DNA from: Candidatus Cloacimonadales bacterium
GTDB taxonomy: Bacteria > Cloacimonadota > Cloacimonadia > Cloacimonadales > JAIOQZ01
Assembly (NCBI GenBank): GCA_963665815.1
Contig: OY762463.1
Span: 960,001 to 1,024,000 of the forward strand
Direction: 5' to 3'
Length of the DNA stretch: 64,000 nt
Shown: one piece after another, positions 20,862 to 30,519 of the stretch
Layout of the letters: the number at the start of each line of letters is the position of its first letter
Numbering within the stretch: position 1 is the stretch's first letter
The notes under the pieces: generated by a model
Seen by the model: only the letters and a program-made list of their open reading frames with translations
What the model was told of the DNA's origin: nothing
The model's database searches: none
Position numbers and translations under genes: made by a program

Positions 20862-21308
20862 ATGACCCATGAAGACTACAGTAACACAGCAAATGAGGAA
20901 ACTCAGGATATTCAGCATTCAGAACAGCATGCAGATAGTGAGAGATCTGTAGAGCAATCCAGAATTGATCTTTTGGAGAATGAAGTTGCGAGATATCGTG
21001 AGCAGGAATGGAATAAGTATGTTAAGTACTTCAAGGATGATGAGTACAGCAGAGACTTTGCCTTTCTACAAAAACGAACAGACGAATTTTCATTTTCCGA
21101 AAATGGAAAATCGCTTACTCCGGTTCAGTTAAAAAACAACCTTGAAAAGCTTAAGCCCTACATTGAAGCAGATGTATTCGGAGTCCTCAACAATCGTGTA
21201 AGACAAAAGACCGGGGCATTTAATCATTCGGAAAATAAACGTGCAATTCCATTCAAGAGTAACCAGAAAACAAGTTTTGCAGAGATTTTCAACATCTTTG
21301 ACAACTAA
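20862..21308 (+). CDS. Putative capsid scaffolding protein
   Basis: Acidic N-terminus, helical, directly upstream of the major capsid gene; SD GGAGGT. Function inferred from position. Confidence 0.55.
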   Translation: MTHEDYSNTANEETQDIQHSEQHADSERSVEQSRIDLLENEVARYREQEWNKYVKYFKDDEYSRDFAFLQKRTDEFSFSENGKSLTPVQLKNNLEKLKPYIEADVFGVLNNRVRQKTGAFNHSENKRAIPFKSNQKTSFAEIFNIFDN

Positions 21309-21325
21309 TACAAAGGAGAGCAAAT

Positions 21326-22282
21326 ATGCAACAGGCAACATTAATCAAACTTGCAGCAGCACATTCATTACCTGATCAGAAATCGATTATCGATTCTCTC
21401 GTTAACGAGTCCGGATTACTGAGAACCATGCCGTTCCAGAAGGCGAGTCACGGATTATTCCACAAGTACAAGGTGAAAACAGAGCTGCCTTCCGGTGGAT
21501 TCAGGAATGTAAATGGATCTATCACTCCTCATTCTACCAATGAAGAGGTTAAACAGATTGATCTTAAGATCCTGACCGATATTCAGCAGGAAGACAAAGC
21601 AATCTGCGAAGCCTATCCGGGTGGTGTGAAGAAGTTCTTTGCAGATGAGTTACCTGCTTTTGTGGAGGGGCTTGGACAGACTGCTGCCAAGCAATTCATT
21701 TATGGAACCGATCATGTGGGGTCAGAAGATGGTTTCAAAGGATTGCGTCAGTATGCACAGCAATTTGGTAACGAGATCAAACTCGGTGGATCAACAGGAA
21801 ATTCCACTTCCATACTCGTTGTCAGATGGAAAAAAGGTGTATGCTCGGGCTTATACAATGAACAGGCTTTTTCCAGGGGGCAATTGATTACTATCAAACC
21901 TATGAACAACGGAAATCCGGTAATGCTACCGTCCGATGCCGCAGCAGGTTCCATGAAACCGGTATATCAGGCATTGTATGAATCTTATCTTGGGCTTCTG
22001 GTAGCTGACAAGAAATGTACAGGGATGATCTCAGAGATATGCGAAGCCGAAAGCAAGAAACCAACTTCAGGTCAGATTGATCAGCTTATCGACCTTGTTA
22101 ACGGATCTGCCAACGACACGTTCATCTATCTTAACCGTGCATCGAGAAGACTTCTCTGGGAACTCAAGAATTCAAAAATGCAAACTGCTCCATCTGACAG
22201 GAACTACTCGACATCTATTGAGCTCTGGAATGGCATTCCGTTAGTTCTGGAAGAAAACATCACCTCAAACGAGACCGTATAG
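21326..22282 (+). CDS. Major capsid protein, BPP-1 Bbp17/epsilon15 gp7-like (HK97 fold)
   Basis: HKYKVKTELPSGGFRNVNGSITP, DKAI, FVEGLGQ...FIYG, F.GL..Y, GSTGNSTSILVVRW, WNGIPL...ENI...ETV. Confidence 0.88.
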   Translation: MQQATLIKLAAAHSLPDQKSIIDSLVNESGLLRTMPFQKASHGLFHKYKVKTELPSGGFRNVNGSITPHSTNEEVKQIDLKILTDIQQEDKAICEAYPGGVKKFFADELPAFVEGLGQTAAKQFIYGTDHVGSEDGFKGLRQYAQQFGNEIKLGGSTGNSTSILVVRWKKGVCSGLYNEQAFSRGQLITIKPMNNGNPVMLPSDAAAGSMKPVYQALYESYLGLLVADKKCTGMISEICEAESKKPTSGQIDQLIDLVNGSANDTFIYLNRASRRLLWELKNSKMQTAPSDRNYSTSIELWNGIPLVLEENITSNETV

Positions 22283-22290
22283 GAGGAAGC

Positions 22291-22740
22291 ATGAAGACAG
22301 GTAAAACAATTGATAATCTGATGGTTCTCAGTAACAGCCAGAACCTTCCGAACAACGGCAATTTACTTTCTGAGAAAGCAGTATTCGTGGGCAATCAAAA
22401 CAGTATAGCTGAAGTACAAGTTTATGCTGCTACAGACATAAATATTCCTGATGCCGGTGAATTCTCAATATCAGTACATGTATGCGAGGATCAGGAAAAA
22501 ACAAACGTCTCTTCCCCGTTCAATCCGGTTCTTTCCGGCTGGACAGACTCTCTTGCCATGAAAATCATTCAGCATGAAGCAGGGGCTGGAGATGTAGTAT
22601 TCAAGCAGGGAGAGAAAATTGCATCTTTCACTGTTCCGGAAGACTTTGCTCCTGACAAACCTTATTTATGTCTCAAGTATCAATCATCAGCTGACATGAG
22701 TTCTGCAAAAGTAGATGCTTTTGTACATGTAAGCGTATAG
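22291..22740 (+). CDS. Capsid cement/decoration protein (Bbp16-like)
   Basis: ID..MVLS.SQ N-terminus and YL.LKY......AKVDAFV C-terminus, beta-rich, directly after the MCP. Confidence 0.7.
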   Translation: MKTGKTIDNLMVLSNSQNLPNNGNLLSEKAVFVGNQNSIAEVQVYAATDINIPDAGEFSISVHVCEDQEKTNVSSPFNPVLSGWTDSLAMKIIQHEAGAGDVVFKQGEKIASFTVPEDFAPDKPYLCLKYQSSADMSSAKVDAFVHVSV

Positions 22741-22747
22741 TGTAAGC

Positions 22748-22786
22748 ATGGTTCGGATAGTAGTACTTTGCTGTCCGAACCATTTT
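22748..22786 (+). terminator. Hairpin/partial terminator between head and neck genes
   Basis: ATGGTTCGGATAG-loop-CTGTCCGAACCAT followed by TTT. Confidence 0.65.
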
Positions 22787-22801
22787 AAAAAGGAGGGATT
22801 T

Positions 22802-23209
22802 GTGAATTGGAGTGAATTATCTGCATCAGCTAATCAGCGTGTTCTGAATCTTGAAAATGAACTATCGGGCTTGGCAAAGGAAAAACTCGCTGAGAAAACA
22901 GATGCTGCAGTAACATTTCTGAAAGAAGAAATAATCAGAAATTGTGATATTGAAAGCGATTTCGATTTTTCCACCATTGATAATGCTGAAAATGCAGTAT
23001 ATATAGCTACGGTAAAGGCTCTGGAACTAATATTTTCTGATCTCTATACTGGATCAGGAAATAGTGTTTATAGAGAGAAGTCAATCAAATTCGGTTCTAT
23101 ATACAGAAGGGATTTCAAAATGAGTGTTGAGAATCTGACATATTCAACAGAAACATCTTCTGGAAGATTCTATCTGAAGAATACATTCTCAAGTATTTTT
23201 ATAAGGTAA
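22802..23209 (+). CDS. Putative head-tail adaptor
   Basis: GTG start after AGGAGG; helical 135 aa; position after capsid genes. Confidence 0.5.
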   Translation: MNWSELSASANQRVLNLENELSGLAKEKLAEKTDAAVTFLKEEIIRNCDIESDFDFSTIDNAENAVYIATVKALELIFSDLYTGSGNSVYREKSIKFGSIYRRDFKMSVENLTYSTETSSGRFYLKNTFSSIFIR

Positions 23210-23213
23210 AACA

Positions 23214-23645
23214 ATGTTCAGCATAATTAACAATATTAACTCACGTTTAGCTGAAATACTGCCTGAAACAGGATTACCTGTGCATATCCTTTCAGAAGAT
23301 GGTATGCAGACAAATCATGATATAAGTTCGTCTGTGATATTAGCAGATATAAGTTCTGTTTCCGATATAGAGGAAAAACCCGGATTAAGAACATGTTTCT
23401 CAGCAGATCTGAGCATCTGGCTTATATGCAGAAAGACAGGAAAGGTTGATGTGAACAAGATTCTGAGCAATATAAATGACATTATCTTGAATACTCTAAA
23501 GGACAGAGTTTTCAGATATCCACCAGCATTGAAAAGCATCGAGACCGTGAAGAAAGCACCAGTCTTGAGCAGTTCAGACTATAATCATTTCTTCATAAAA
23601 AAAGCAATTTATAAAATTGAGATTGAACAAAGCAACAGGAGCTAA
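23214..23645 (+). CDS. Putative tail terminator/neck protein
   Basis: 143 aa alpha/beta protein directly before the tail tube gene; positional inference. Confidence 0.5.
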   Translation: MFSIINNINSRLAEILPETGLPVHILSEDGMQTNHDISSSVILADISSVSDIEEKPGLRTCFSADLSIWLICRKTGKVDVNKILSNINDIILNTLKDRVFRYPPALKSIETVKKAPVLSSSDYNHFFIKKAIYKIEIEQSNRS

Positions 23646-23647
23646 AC

Positions 23648-24586
23648 ATGGATGGAATCCGATATGGTAATTCTTACAGAATACACATTTTCAATGAAAA
23701 CAGCTATGGTAAGTTATCCGGCAACTATGTTGATGATTACAGAGTTCTATGTAACTCTATATCTATCAAACCGGAAACTGAAACAATCGAAGTAAATGTA
23801 AAAACCAATAAAATTGAGCAAAAGCATTCAGAAAAGCTTGCAGGCAGAAAAAATGTAATTGTCACAATAAAAGGTGACTTATCACCAGATCATACTATCC
23901 TGCTTGAAGCATATTCAGGTAAAACAACATTTCCTTATGAACATCAGAACTCAAATGTTCCGCGATCTTATGAAATCCACCAGTTTTTCCTCAAAGATAG
24001 TAAAGCCAACATCATCAAAGGATGTGTTCTGGAAACATTGAAGCTTTCCGGAGATAATGGCAAAACAATTGAGTTTGAAGCAGTTTTCAGAGGACAATTA
24101 TTTGAATCGGAAATTGATTGTACAAAGGACAGATTCACTGAGTTTGTATTACTTGATCATACACCTGCTGTTCCGTTCGTCTGGGGAAATAGCGTTTCAA
24201 TATCTTTACTGGAAATGGCAGAATTTAACACATTCAATAAGTTCTCTATGAACATTTCAAATACTTTTATCAACGATGAGCTTCTTTATCAGAATTCATT
24301 TCTTAAACAATGCGAACTGATCAGCTGCTCCAGCGGTGAATTTGAGTTCTCATCCAATTATCTAATAAATGAAAAAGGATGGATGGAGCAGGAAATTCTC
24401 AAAGACACTCCATTCTACAATACTTTCACCTTGTCGAACGGTTCAGATTCCTGGAAACTTGAATTCTACAGCAAGATAACAGAGATTAATCCGTCTGATC
24501 CTGAGAAACAGATTTTCCAGTTTTCGGCCAAAACATCGTTATGTGCAACAGAGACAAATCCAATGCTGAAAATAAGCAATGTGTAG
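23648..24586 (+). CDS. Tail tube protein (non-contractile type)
   Basis: Beta-rich two-domain protein; GCVLETLKLSG, FSMNISN, L..YSKI patterns; precedes chaperone and tape measure. Confidence 0.7.
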   Translation: MDGIRYGNSYRIHIFNENSYGKLSGNYVDDYRVLCNSISIKPETETIEVNVKTNKIEQKHSEKLAGRKNVIVTIKGDLSPDHTILLEAYSGKTTFPYEHQNSNVPRSYEIHQFFLKDSKANIIKGCVLETLKLSGDNGKTIEFEAVFRGQLFESEIDCTKDRFTEFVLLDHTPAVPFVWGNSVSISLLEMAEFNTFNKFSMNISNTFINDELLYQNSFLKQCELISCSSGEFEFSSNYLINEKGWMEQEILKDTPFYNTFTLSNGSDSWKLEFYSKITEINPSDPEKQIFQFSAKTSLCATETNPMLKISNV

Positions 24587-24594
24587 GAGTGATT

Positions 24595-25301
24595 ATGAGT
24601 ATAGATATGAAAAGTTGTTTCGCAGACCATGGAGCATTCTTCATCAAACCGGTATACTATAAAGATACTAAGATTGCAGATATCAGGGCACTAAGACCTT
24701 TGGACAAGGATATGCTGCAGACGTATCTCGGGGAAATCTGTATTGTTGAAGGAGAACCGGTATACAAGAATATACAACCGGAGCATCTAAGGATAGCACG
24801 AATTGTACTTTCTCTTGGAGGAGAATTACACGGCAGAAAACACCGAATAAGCTCTGAAGGATGGACATTCGACAGAGATATCACAATGAATAATGTAAAT
24901 ATGCTGGACGAAGACATTATTGATACACTCGACAAAGCAATTTACGAGTTGGAAAAAGAGTACAATTCCAATAGGGAAATGTTAAAAAAAAACTAAAGGC
25001 AGCAGTAAGATTCCTGATTCTGAATGATAATGCTGATAAGCTGCTCTTTGAGGAAGCTGGAAGTATTACATTCTGTAAATATTGCTCAAACAACAGATAC
25101 TGTAGTAAGGATATGCGTTATCCGCGTATTCCGACAAACATTATGAAGGTGATCAAATACATATTTCTCAAACAGAAAGATATAACATTTCTGCCCTGGG
25201 GTAATATGCTGAGTAATCAACCGGTGTGGTTTCTTGAACTAAGTATGGCAGGACTGCAGATATTGCAGGAGATTAAGAACGAATCCGAGAAATCAGGTTG
25301 A
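24595..25301 (+). CDS. Tail assembly chaperone (24595-24996) with -1 frameshift extension to 25301
   Basis: A AAA AAC TAA at 24987-24996; the -1 frame (LKAAVRFLIL...) is open into ORF 25113-25301. Confidence 0.8.
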
Positions 25302-25317
25302 TACAGGTGGAGGGTAA

Positions 25318-26271
25318 ATGCAAGATATAAAACTTAATGTAGATATACAGACAGATAAAGGCAGAAGAAATCTAGGTAAGCTGGAAAACAATATTGATTC
25401 TGTGATAAAGAAGCTGATTGAAGCAAATCGGGAAATAACCAGAACACATGCTCAGTCAGAAAAGTCCGGGATAAAAAGTAAGGATAACGGTTTATACCAA
25501 TCCGGTTCGCATGGTTCAGGAGGCAAATCACTTGAAATGCAGAATCTGGATAGCATGGTTCAGATTCGTAAAGAAAAAGATCTGGAATATATTGAATGGA
25601 GAAAAGAACTGTGGATACAGGAGCACCAGTTTGAATATGCTCTTTTTCAGAGATCGATGGCTTCAGTTGAGAAAATGTACTCTAAGGCAATTGATTTGAT
25701 GATAGACAAAGATATGTCATGGAAAAAAGCTAATCAATTAGTAAAGGATTCATTGAAGGATCTGGCAAAATCTCTCCTGAAAGCAGTCGTTAAAACGTTA
25801 GTGCAGGCAGCAGTGCAATCTATTGCGTCCGGGCTGATAATTGAACGGGCTATGAAGAAACCGGCAATATTGACATCTCTCGCAACAGGTGGAACTAATT
25901 CCATTGGAGCTGTTGCAGGTATAAGAGCAACTCAGAGAGCAATGATGTTTTCTCAGGGCGGATATGTATCCGGTCAGGGTTCAGGTATTTCAGATTCTAT
26001 CCCTGCCTTTCTCTCTCACGGTGAATACGTCGTCAACGCGCAGGCAACCAGATCGAATAAAGATGTGCTCAATGATATCAACTCCGGATCTGGAGGAAGT
26101 ATCAGTGCAGGATTAGATAAAGTAGCCGGGCTCCTGAAAACAATCAACATGAATCTGGTGCGCAAGAACATGAGTGTGAATATTGTTAATGATCGCTTAG
26201 ATAATGAAACTGCTGTAATAAATCACGATCTTACCAGAAGAAAGATGATCCGCGGAGGATATAATGCATAA
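25318..26271 (+). CDS. Short tail tape measure protein (317 aa)
   Basis: DIKLNVDI N-terminus, helical Ala/Leu-rich core, FSQGGYVSG.GSG.SDSIPA.LS.GEYVVNA motif. Confidence 0.85.
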   Translation: MQDIKLNVDIQTDKGRRNLGKLENNIDSVIKKLIEANREITRTHAQSEKSGIKSKDNGLYQSGSHGSGGKSLEMQNLDSMVQIRKEKDLEYIEWRKELWIQEHQFEYALFQRSMASVEKMYSKAIDLMIDKDMSWKKANQLVKDSLKDLAKSLLKAVVKTLVQAAVQSIASGLIIERAMKKPAILTSLATGGTNSIGAVAGIRATQRAMMFSQGGYVSGQGSGISDSIPAFLSHGEYVVNAQATRSNKDVLNDINSGSGGSISAGLDKVAGLLKTINMNLVRKNMSVNIVNDRLDNETAVINHDLTRRKMIRGGYNA

Positions 26272-28030
26272 ATGGCAGATTATCAAGTATGAAAATGGCG
26301 GTATAGGAGGTAAATTCAATGGTAACTGCTATGTAAATCCTGATGGACGACTATCTGATAATCTACTGGCAATTCCGATTAAAATCAGGTACAGACATTA
26401 CAGATCCGGTGAATCAGAACAATATCTCTGGGGCGGAATGTATTACGGATTGAAAGTAATTGATGACATTGATTGCTACAATCTTCAGCTTAATATTGCA
26501 GGAGATGTATATTACATTCAAGACTTTTCAATGCACTACAACGAAACATATAATGTAGAAACATTCATTGTAAATGATGAGTTTACCTGCATAATAAGGG
26601 ATAAATGGAATAATCTAAGGTTTAAACATGTCACATCCGTCACAAATTCTTCTTTTGGCAGTATTCTTTTCTATATAGGCGCAGGAAGAATGTCTGATGC
26701 ATCTGCAGCACTTTGCTTCAAGGGAGTTATCTTCGCTTTTCAGTATTATGATGCAGTTGAAAATGAATATGCGAAACTGATATTCAGAAAAAACTATCTA
26801 AACGTGCAGGATTATGAGGTTGCAGATCATTTCAGGATTAAGAATGCAATCCTCTATAATGAATCTCCGGCTTTATTCTGGTCCGGGAAAACTGATATAT
26901 CAGATTATGTTGTCAGTCTTTCAAAGCTTAAATACAGAACAGACGATTATCATATTCCTCTAATCCAGAGAGCATCAATAACCTTGAAGAACGGAACTGA
27001 TCTGAAAATAGATGATATTGTAAGCATAAAGGATTCACTGACAGACAGCATACAGTATATATATCGAGTCAAATCCATAAAATCTGAGGAATACAATCAG
27101 AGTGTCATTGAAATGGAAGATATACTGGGAGATCTGTCAGATGTATACATGAGAAACATCCTTCGTAACACAAACTCTTTTTCTGTGCTTCGTTACGACT
27201 GGTGGAATACACTTGATCCGATATATTTCACAGGGAACTACCAGATAACAGAATACTTTCATGATCCGTTCAATCCGGATTACTGCTGGATATCATTTCT
27301 GTTTCTGATTAAAATGCTGTATGGTGTTCTGGAAATTGATTACATGTTAAATATTGATGTTTCCGAACTTGAAAGCAGTATATCCTATCTTAAGCAAAAT
27401 CAAAGTAATATCAGTTTCAAAGCGATTGCATTGAATCTCTATATTCTTAGAAGCATTGGCAATAATAAAGATGGCGATTGTCAGACAAATATATTACAGA
27501 TTGTCAGAAGCCTTTTCAACGCATTGAGGATTTCATACAGAATTTTTGATTCATCTATAAAACTTGAAGAAATTGATAACTCAGATATTCTTTATCCTGT
27601 CACAAATCGTCTAACATATCGTGAAACAATCACAGACAGCGTAAACGGTTATGCAATAAGCTGTAATCGACTAAGCACTTCACAAGATTACTGGAATAAC
27701 GATATTGACTGGAGTAATACTGTTTCAAACGAGTATTTTGTATCTCCATCAGATGAAATGCTGAGAAACAGTCTGGAAAAACTCACCCTGCCTGATCATT
27801 TCAACATTGGCATACATGGATCAGTTAATAATCATTTTTCAGTTGTGAATCCTGCCATTGAACAGCAGTTAGCAGTGAAACTTAACGAATTGTACACGGG
27901 GAAGAAACTGGAAACAGAATACTCCCATTGTTTCACTCCAACACATTTGTGCAGTTATTCAATTAAGGAAGATGATATTGTAAACAATATCAGTGAAGTT
28001 AAACTTCAAAGCTATCAAGGAGGATTATAA
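26264..28030 (+). CDS. Tail tip/hub protein with N-terminal lectin(LamG)-like region
   Basis: Follows the TMP; FYIG...FKGVI...Y ConA-like motif, then DISDYV-type tail domain. Confidence 0.5.
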   Translation: MHKWQIIKYENGGIGGKFNGNCYVNPDGRLSDNLLAIPIKIRYRHYRSGESEQYLWGGMYYGLKVIDDIDCYNLQLNIAGDVYYIQDFSMHYNETYNVETFIVNDEFTCIIRDKWNNLRFKHVTSVTNSSFGSILFYIGAGRMSDASAALCFKGVIFAFQYYDAVENEYAKLIFRKNYLNVQDYEVADHFRIKNAILYNESPALFWSGKTDISDYVVSLSKLKYRTDDYHIPLIQRASITLKNGTDLKIDDIVSIKDSLTDSIQYIYRVKSIKSEEYNQSVIEMEDILGDLSDVYMRNILRNTNSFSVLRYDWWNTLDPIYFTGNYQITEYFHDPFNPDYCWISFLFLIKMLYGVLEIDYMLNIDVSELESSISYLKQNQSNISFKAIALNLYILRSIGNNKDGDCQTNILQIVRSLFNALRISYRIFDSSIKLEEIDNSDILYPVTNRLTYRETITDSVNGYAISCNRLSTSQDYWNNDIDWSNTVSNEYFVSPSDEMLRNSLEKLTLPDHFNIGIHGSVNNHFSVVNPAIEQQLAVKLNELYTGKKLETEYSHCFTPTHLCSYSIKEDDIVNNISEVKLQSYQGGL

Positions 28031-28464
28031 TGGCTTTCTGGGGCAAAAAATCACCGGTTATACTTTATGGAGGAAGTTTTTCTCTGGAATGGAACCTGAA
28101 TCAGCTTGATTGTACTTACAACTATTCATGGAATAAAGAAAGAGTTCTGCACAAATCTGTAATCACAGGTAAAATGTGGTCTTATGACCTTTCCCAAAAT
28201 CCTGAACAAGGAAGAATGCACATAGATATCACAATGTTTAACATGACTGAAGCAGATATGGCAATATTTCTGTCACTACGCAACAACACGTCCATTAAAG
28301 TGAGAATGCACGATGATGGTGATGCAGCACCATGGGAGGAAGTATTTCTGATTGAGCAGTATCAGCCATTTGCAGGTACAGAAGCTGAAATTCCCTATCC
28401 AGCTTTTGACTGTGGTTTTCTTAAACTTGTATCAGAGAACTATATTAATCTGCCTGATACATAA
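28030..28464 (+). CDS. Putative distal tail (Dit-like) protein
   Basis: TAATG-coupled, 144 aa, HKSVITG pattern; positional inference. Confidence 0.45.
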   Translation: MAFWGKKSPVILYGGSFSLEWNLNQLDCTYNYSWNKERVLHKSVITGKMWSYDLSQNPEQGRMHIDITMFNMTEADMAIFLSLRNNTSIKVRMHDDGDAAPWEEVFLIEQYQPFAGTEAEIPYPAFDCGFLKLVSENYINLPDT

Positions 28465-28509
28465 TTTTTTATGACTATTGCAAAGCAAATCAATAATAAA
28501 GGAGGACAT

Positions 28510-28845
28510 ATGATTATTGAATGGAAGACAATAGCTGTAATTTTGTCGCTTTCAGGTACACTGGTGAATATTGTTATATCATTCTCCAAGCATTCGGCAA
28601 TGATAAAGAGAAATTCCGAGAAAATTAAAGAGCATTCAGAAACTTTAAAAAACTCGAATAATGATATAAGGGCAATCAATAAAAACTGCCAGAAAAATCA
28701 GCTCCATTTTGAGGGAAAGTATATCAGTCGTGAAGCTCTTGAGCTAAAATTTGATAATCTTGAAAACAAGATTGACGAGTTAAGTAAACAGATACATTAT
28801 ATGAACACTAATTTTGTAAAACAGTATATTGAATTGAACTGCTGA
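28510..28845 (+). CDS. Holin-like single-TM plus coiled-coil protein
   Basis: SD GGAGG; N-terminal TM, KFDNLENKIDEL coiled coil; end of tail operon. Confidence 0.5.
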   Translation: MIIEWKTIAVILSLSGTLVNIVISFSKHSAMIKRNSEKIKEHSETLKNSNNDIRAINKNCQKNQLHFEGKYISREALELKFDNLENKIDELSKQIHYMNTNFVKQYIELNC

Positions 28846-29121
28846 GCAATGAAAAAAGTGAGTTTTAACAGTCAGAATATTATCCTAATAATGTTTTCTG
28901 AGGCAATATTCAAAAAAATCAGCTGTAAAACACTGTTAGTTAAAGATCTGTTGATTTCTGCAAATCAAACATCAAATAGTTGTAAATTGTAATATTCCGC
29001 ATAACAACTATTGTTCATGACTTATAATATGTCGATTCATTCTTTACACGAAAAAACAGACTGTAGATATTTTTTGATTGACAAAAACCTTGTTAAGACA
29101 TAATTTATATATGAGGTAATT

Positions 29122-29508
29122 ATGAAATCCATGAAAATATTTGTTATCTTAATAATGAGTATCTTTCTTTTTAATTGTGCTGTTTCTTCAGGTTCTACAA
29201 GAAGATCCGGAGGAAACACGAATTATCGTCAATACATGACAAATGCAAAAGATTTTGCAAAGAATTATGAATGGAAGCAAGCTGCGGATGAGATGGAGAA
29301 TTCTCTGGATTTATATGAAACAGGAGAAGGTTACTATCTTGCAGGAGTATACTACATTAAAGCTTCCATAAATTCTGACAATGATTACACAGCGAAGAGC
29401 CTTTATAAAAAAGGAAAGAAATACTTAAAGATTTCTGCAACTGATTTTGGGTATAAACCTGCAGAAAAAACACTAGAAGATATAAAAAGCCTTAAAACCT
29501 ATAAATAA
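29122..29508 (+). CDS. TPR-like lipoprotein
   Basis: LFNC lipobox, helical-repeat pattern. Confidence 0.65.
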   Translation: MKSMKIFVILIMSIFLFNCAVSSGSTRRSGGNTNYRQYMTNAKDFAKNYEWKQAADEMENSLDLYETGEGYYLAGVYYIKASINSDNDYTAKSLYKKGKKYLKISATDFGYKPAEKTLEDIKSLKTYK

Positions 29509-29567
29509 AAAACATCGTAAATAATAGATATTCAAACTATCAACCAATCAAACTCTTTGGAGAAACC

Positions 29568-29948
29568 ATGAAGAGAATGGCTATTATTATTTTACTGATT
29601 ACTGTATTTTTTTTAGTTGGATGCAGCAGATTCAAAACGTTGTCTAACAACACTGCGACTTATCCGGATGGAAAGGTTGCAAGAGCTTTTTCTTTTTATG
29701 TGAAAGACTTTCAGAATGATAACCTTACATGGTCTGAAATCGAAAAATTTTCATCAGAACAATACACTTCAGATGTTGATACTCTCTACATATACTATTT
29801 TGATGAAGAAATGGTCGGATCAACTATCAGAGGTTTAAAACTGAAAAGAAGTTACAGAAAAAAATGTATTGCGATTTTTAAACAAATACCGGGCAATAAA
29901 AGTCGTTTAATTCAATTTCCTTTCGAGGAGTCCAGACTTAATCAATAA
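29568..29948 (+). CDS. Hypothetical lipoprotein
   Basis: LVGC lipobox. Confidence 0.7.
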   Translation: MKRMAIIILLITVFFLVGCSRFKTLSNNTATYPDGKVARAFSFYVKDFQNDNLTWSEIEKFSSEQYTSDVDTLYIYYFDEEMVGSTIRGLKLKRSYRKKCIAIFKQIPGNKSRLIQFPFEESRLNQ

Positions 29949-30141
29949 ATGGTAGAATTCTGTGAGTAAGATTTCCAATTGCTGAATTAGTAATAATCAT
30001 TATGGAAGCAATTATTGTTATAATTGTGATAATTACAGCAGCATAAGTTATTTTATTCTCATATTTCCGAAGCAAGTGGGGTTGGAAATACCAGATATAT
30101 CCAATAACTATAATCAAAACTAAAGCAATAATCTCTATCAT
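29938..30141 (-). CDS. Small two-TM membrane protein
   Basis: SD AGGAG, two hydrophobic segments. Confidence 0.55.
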   Translation of the reverse strand: MIEIIALVLIIVIGYIWYFQPHLLRKYENKITYAAVIITIITIIASIMIITNSAIGNLTHRILPFID

Positions 30142-30192
30142 TTACGGAATCTTCTCCTTTTAAAAATTACATGTTTATCTAAGAGGGCAAAA

Positions 30193-30519
30193 ATGGCAAG
30201 TAATTTAAAAAAACAAGTAACAAATATTTATCCGAAAAACAATGAAAACAGAAAAACCGAATATAATTGTTCCAAGACAGTTGAAACTGAGATAAAAGCT
30301 GCTCAGGAAAATGATTTAAAAGTTGTAAGTACTCTTATCCTGACTCTTGAAGAACTGTTTTCAAGCAATGAACTTGACCTGAAAACTGCATCATCAATAT
30401 TGAATCAGCTTGTTACAACCAGAAAAAATATTCTGTCATACAATATTGTTGAAAACAGCTCAGGTCAGAACTGGATCAATTCCATGCAGATAAGGGATTT
30501 ACATGGAAAATCAATATAA
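30193..30519 (+). CDS. Putative terminase small subunit
   Basis: 108 aa helical protein overlapping the terL start; no obvious HTH. Confidence 0.5.
   Translation: MASNLKKQVTNIYPKNNENRKTEYNCSKTVETEIKAAQENDLKVVSTLILTLEELFSSNELDLKTASSILNQLVTTRKNILSYNIVENSSGQNWINSMQIRDLHGKSI

Noticed and set aside
26264-28030. Diversity-generating retroelement, suggested by the BPP-1-like capsid
   Set aside because: No reverse transcriptase ORF and no TR/VR pair seen in the window. The 15752/17390 repeat mismatches are not adenine-specific.
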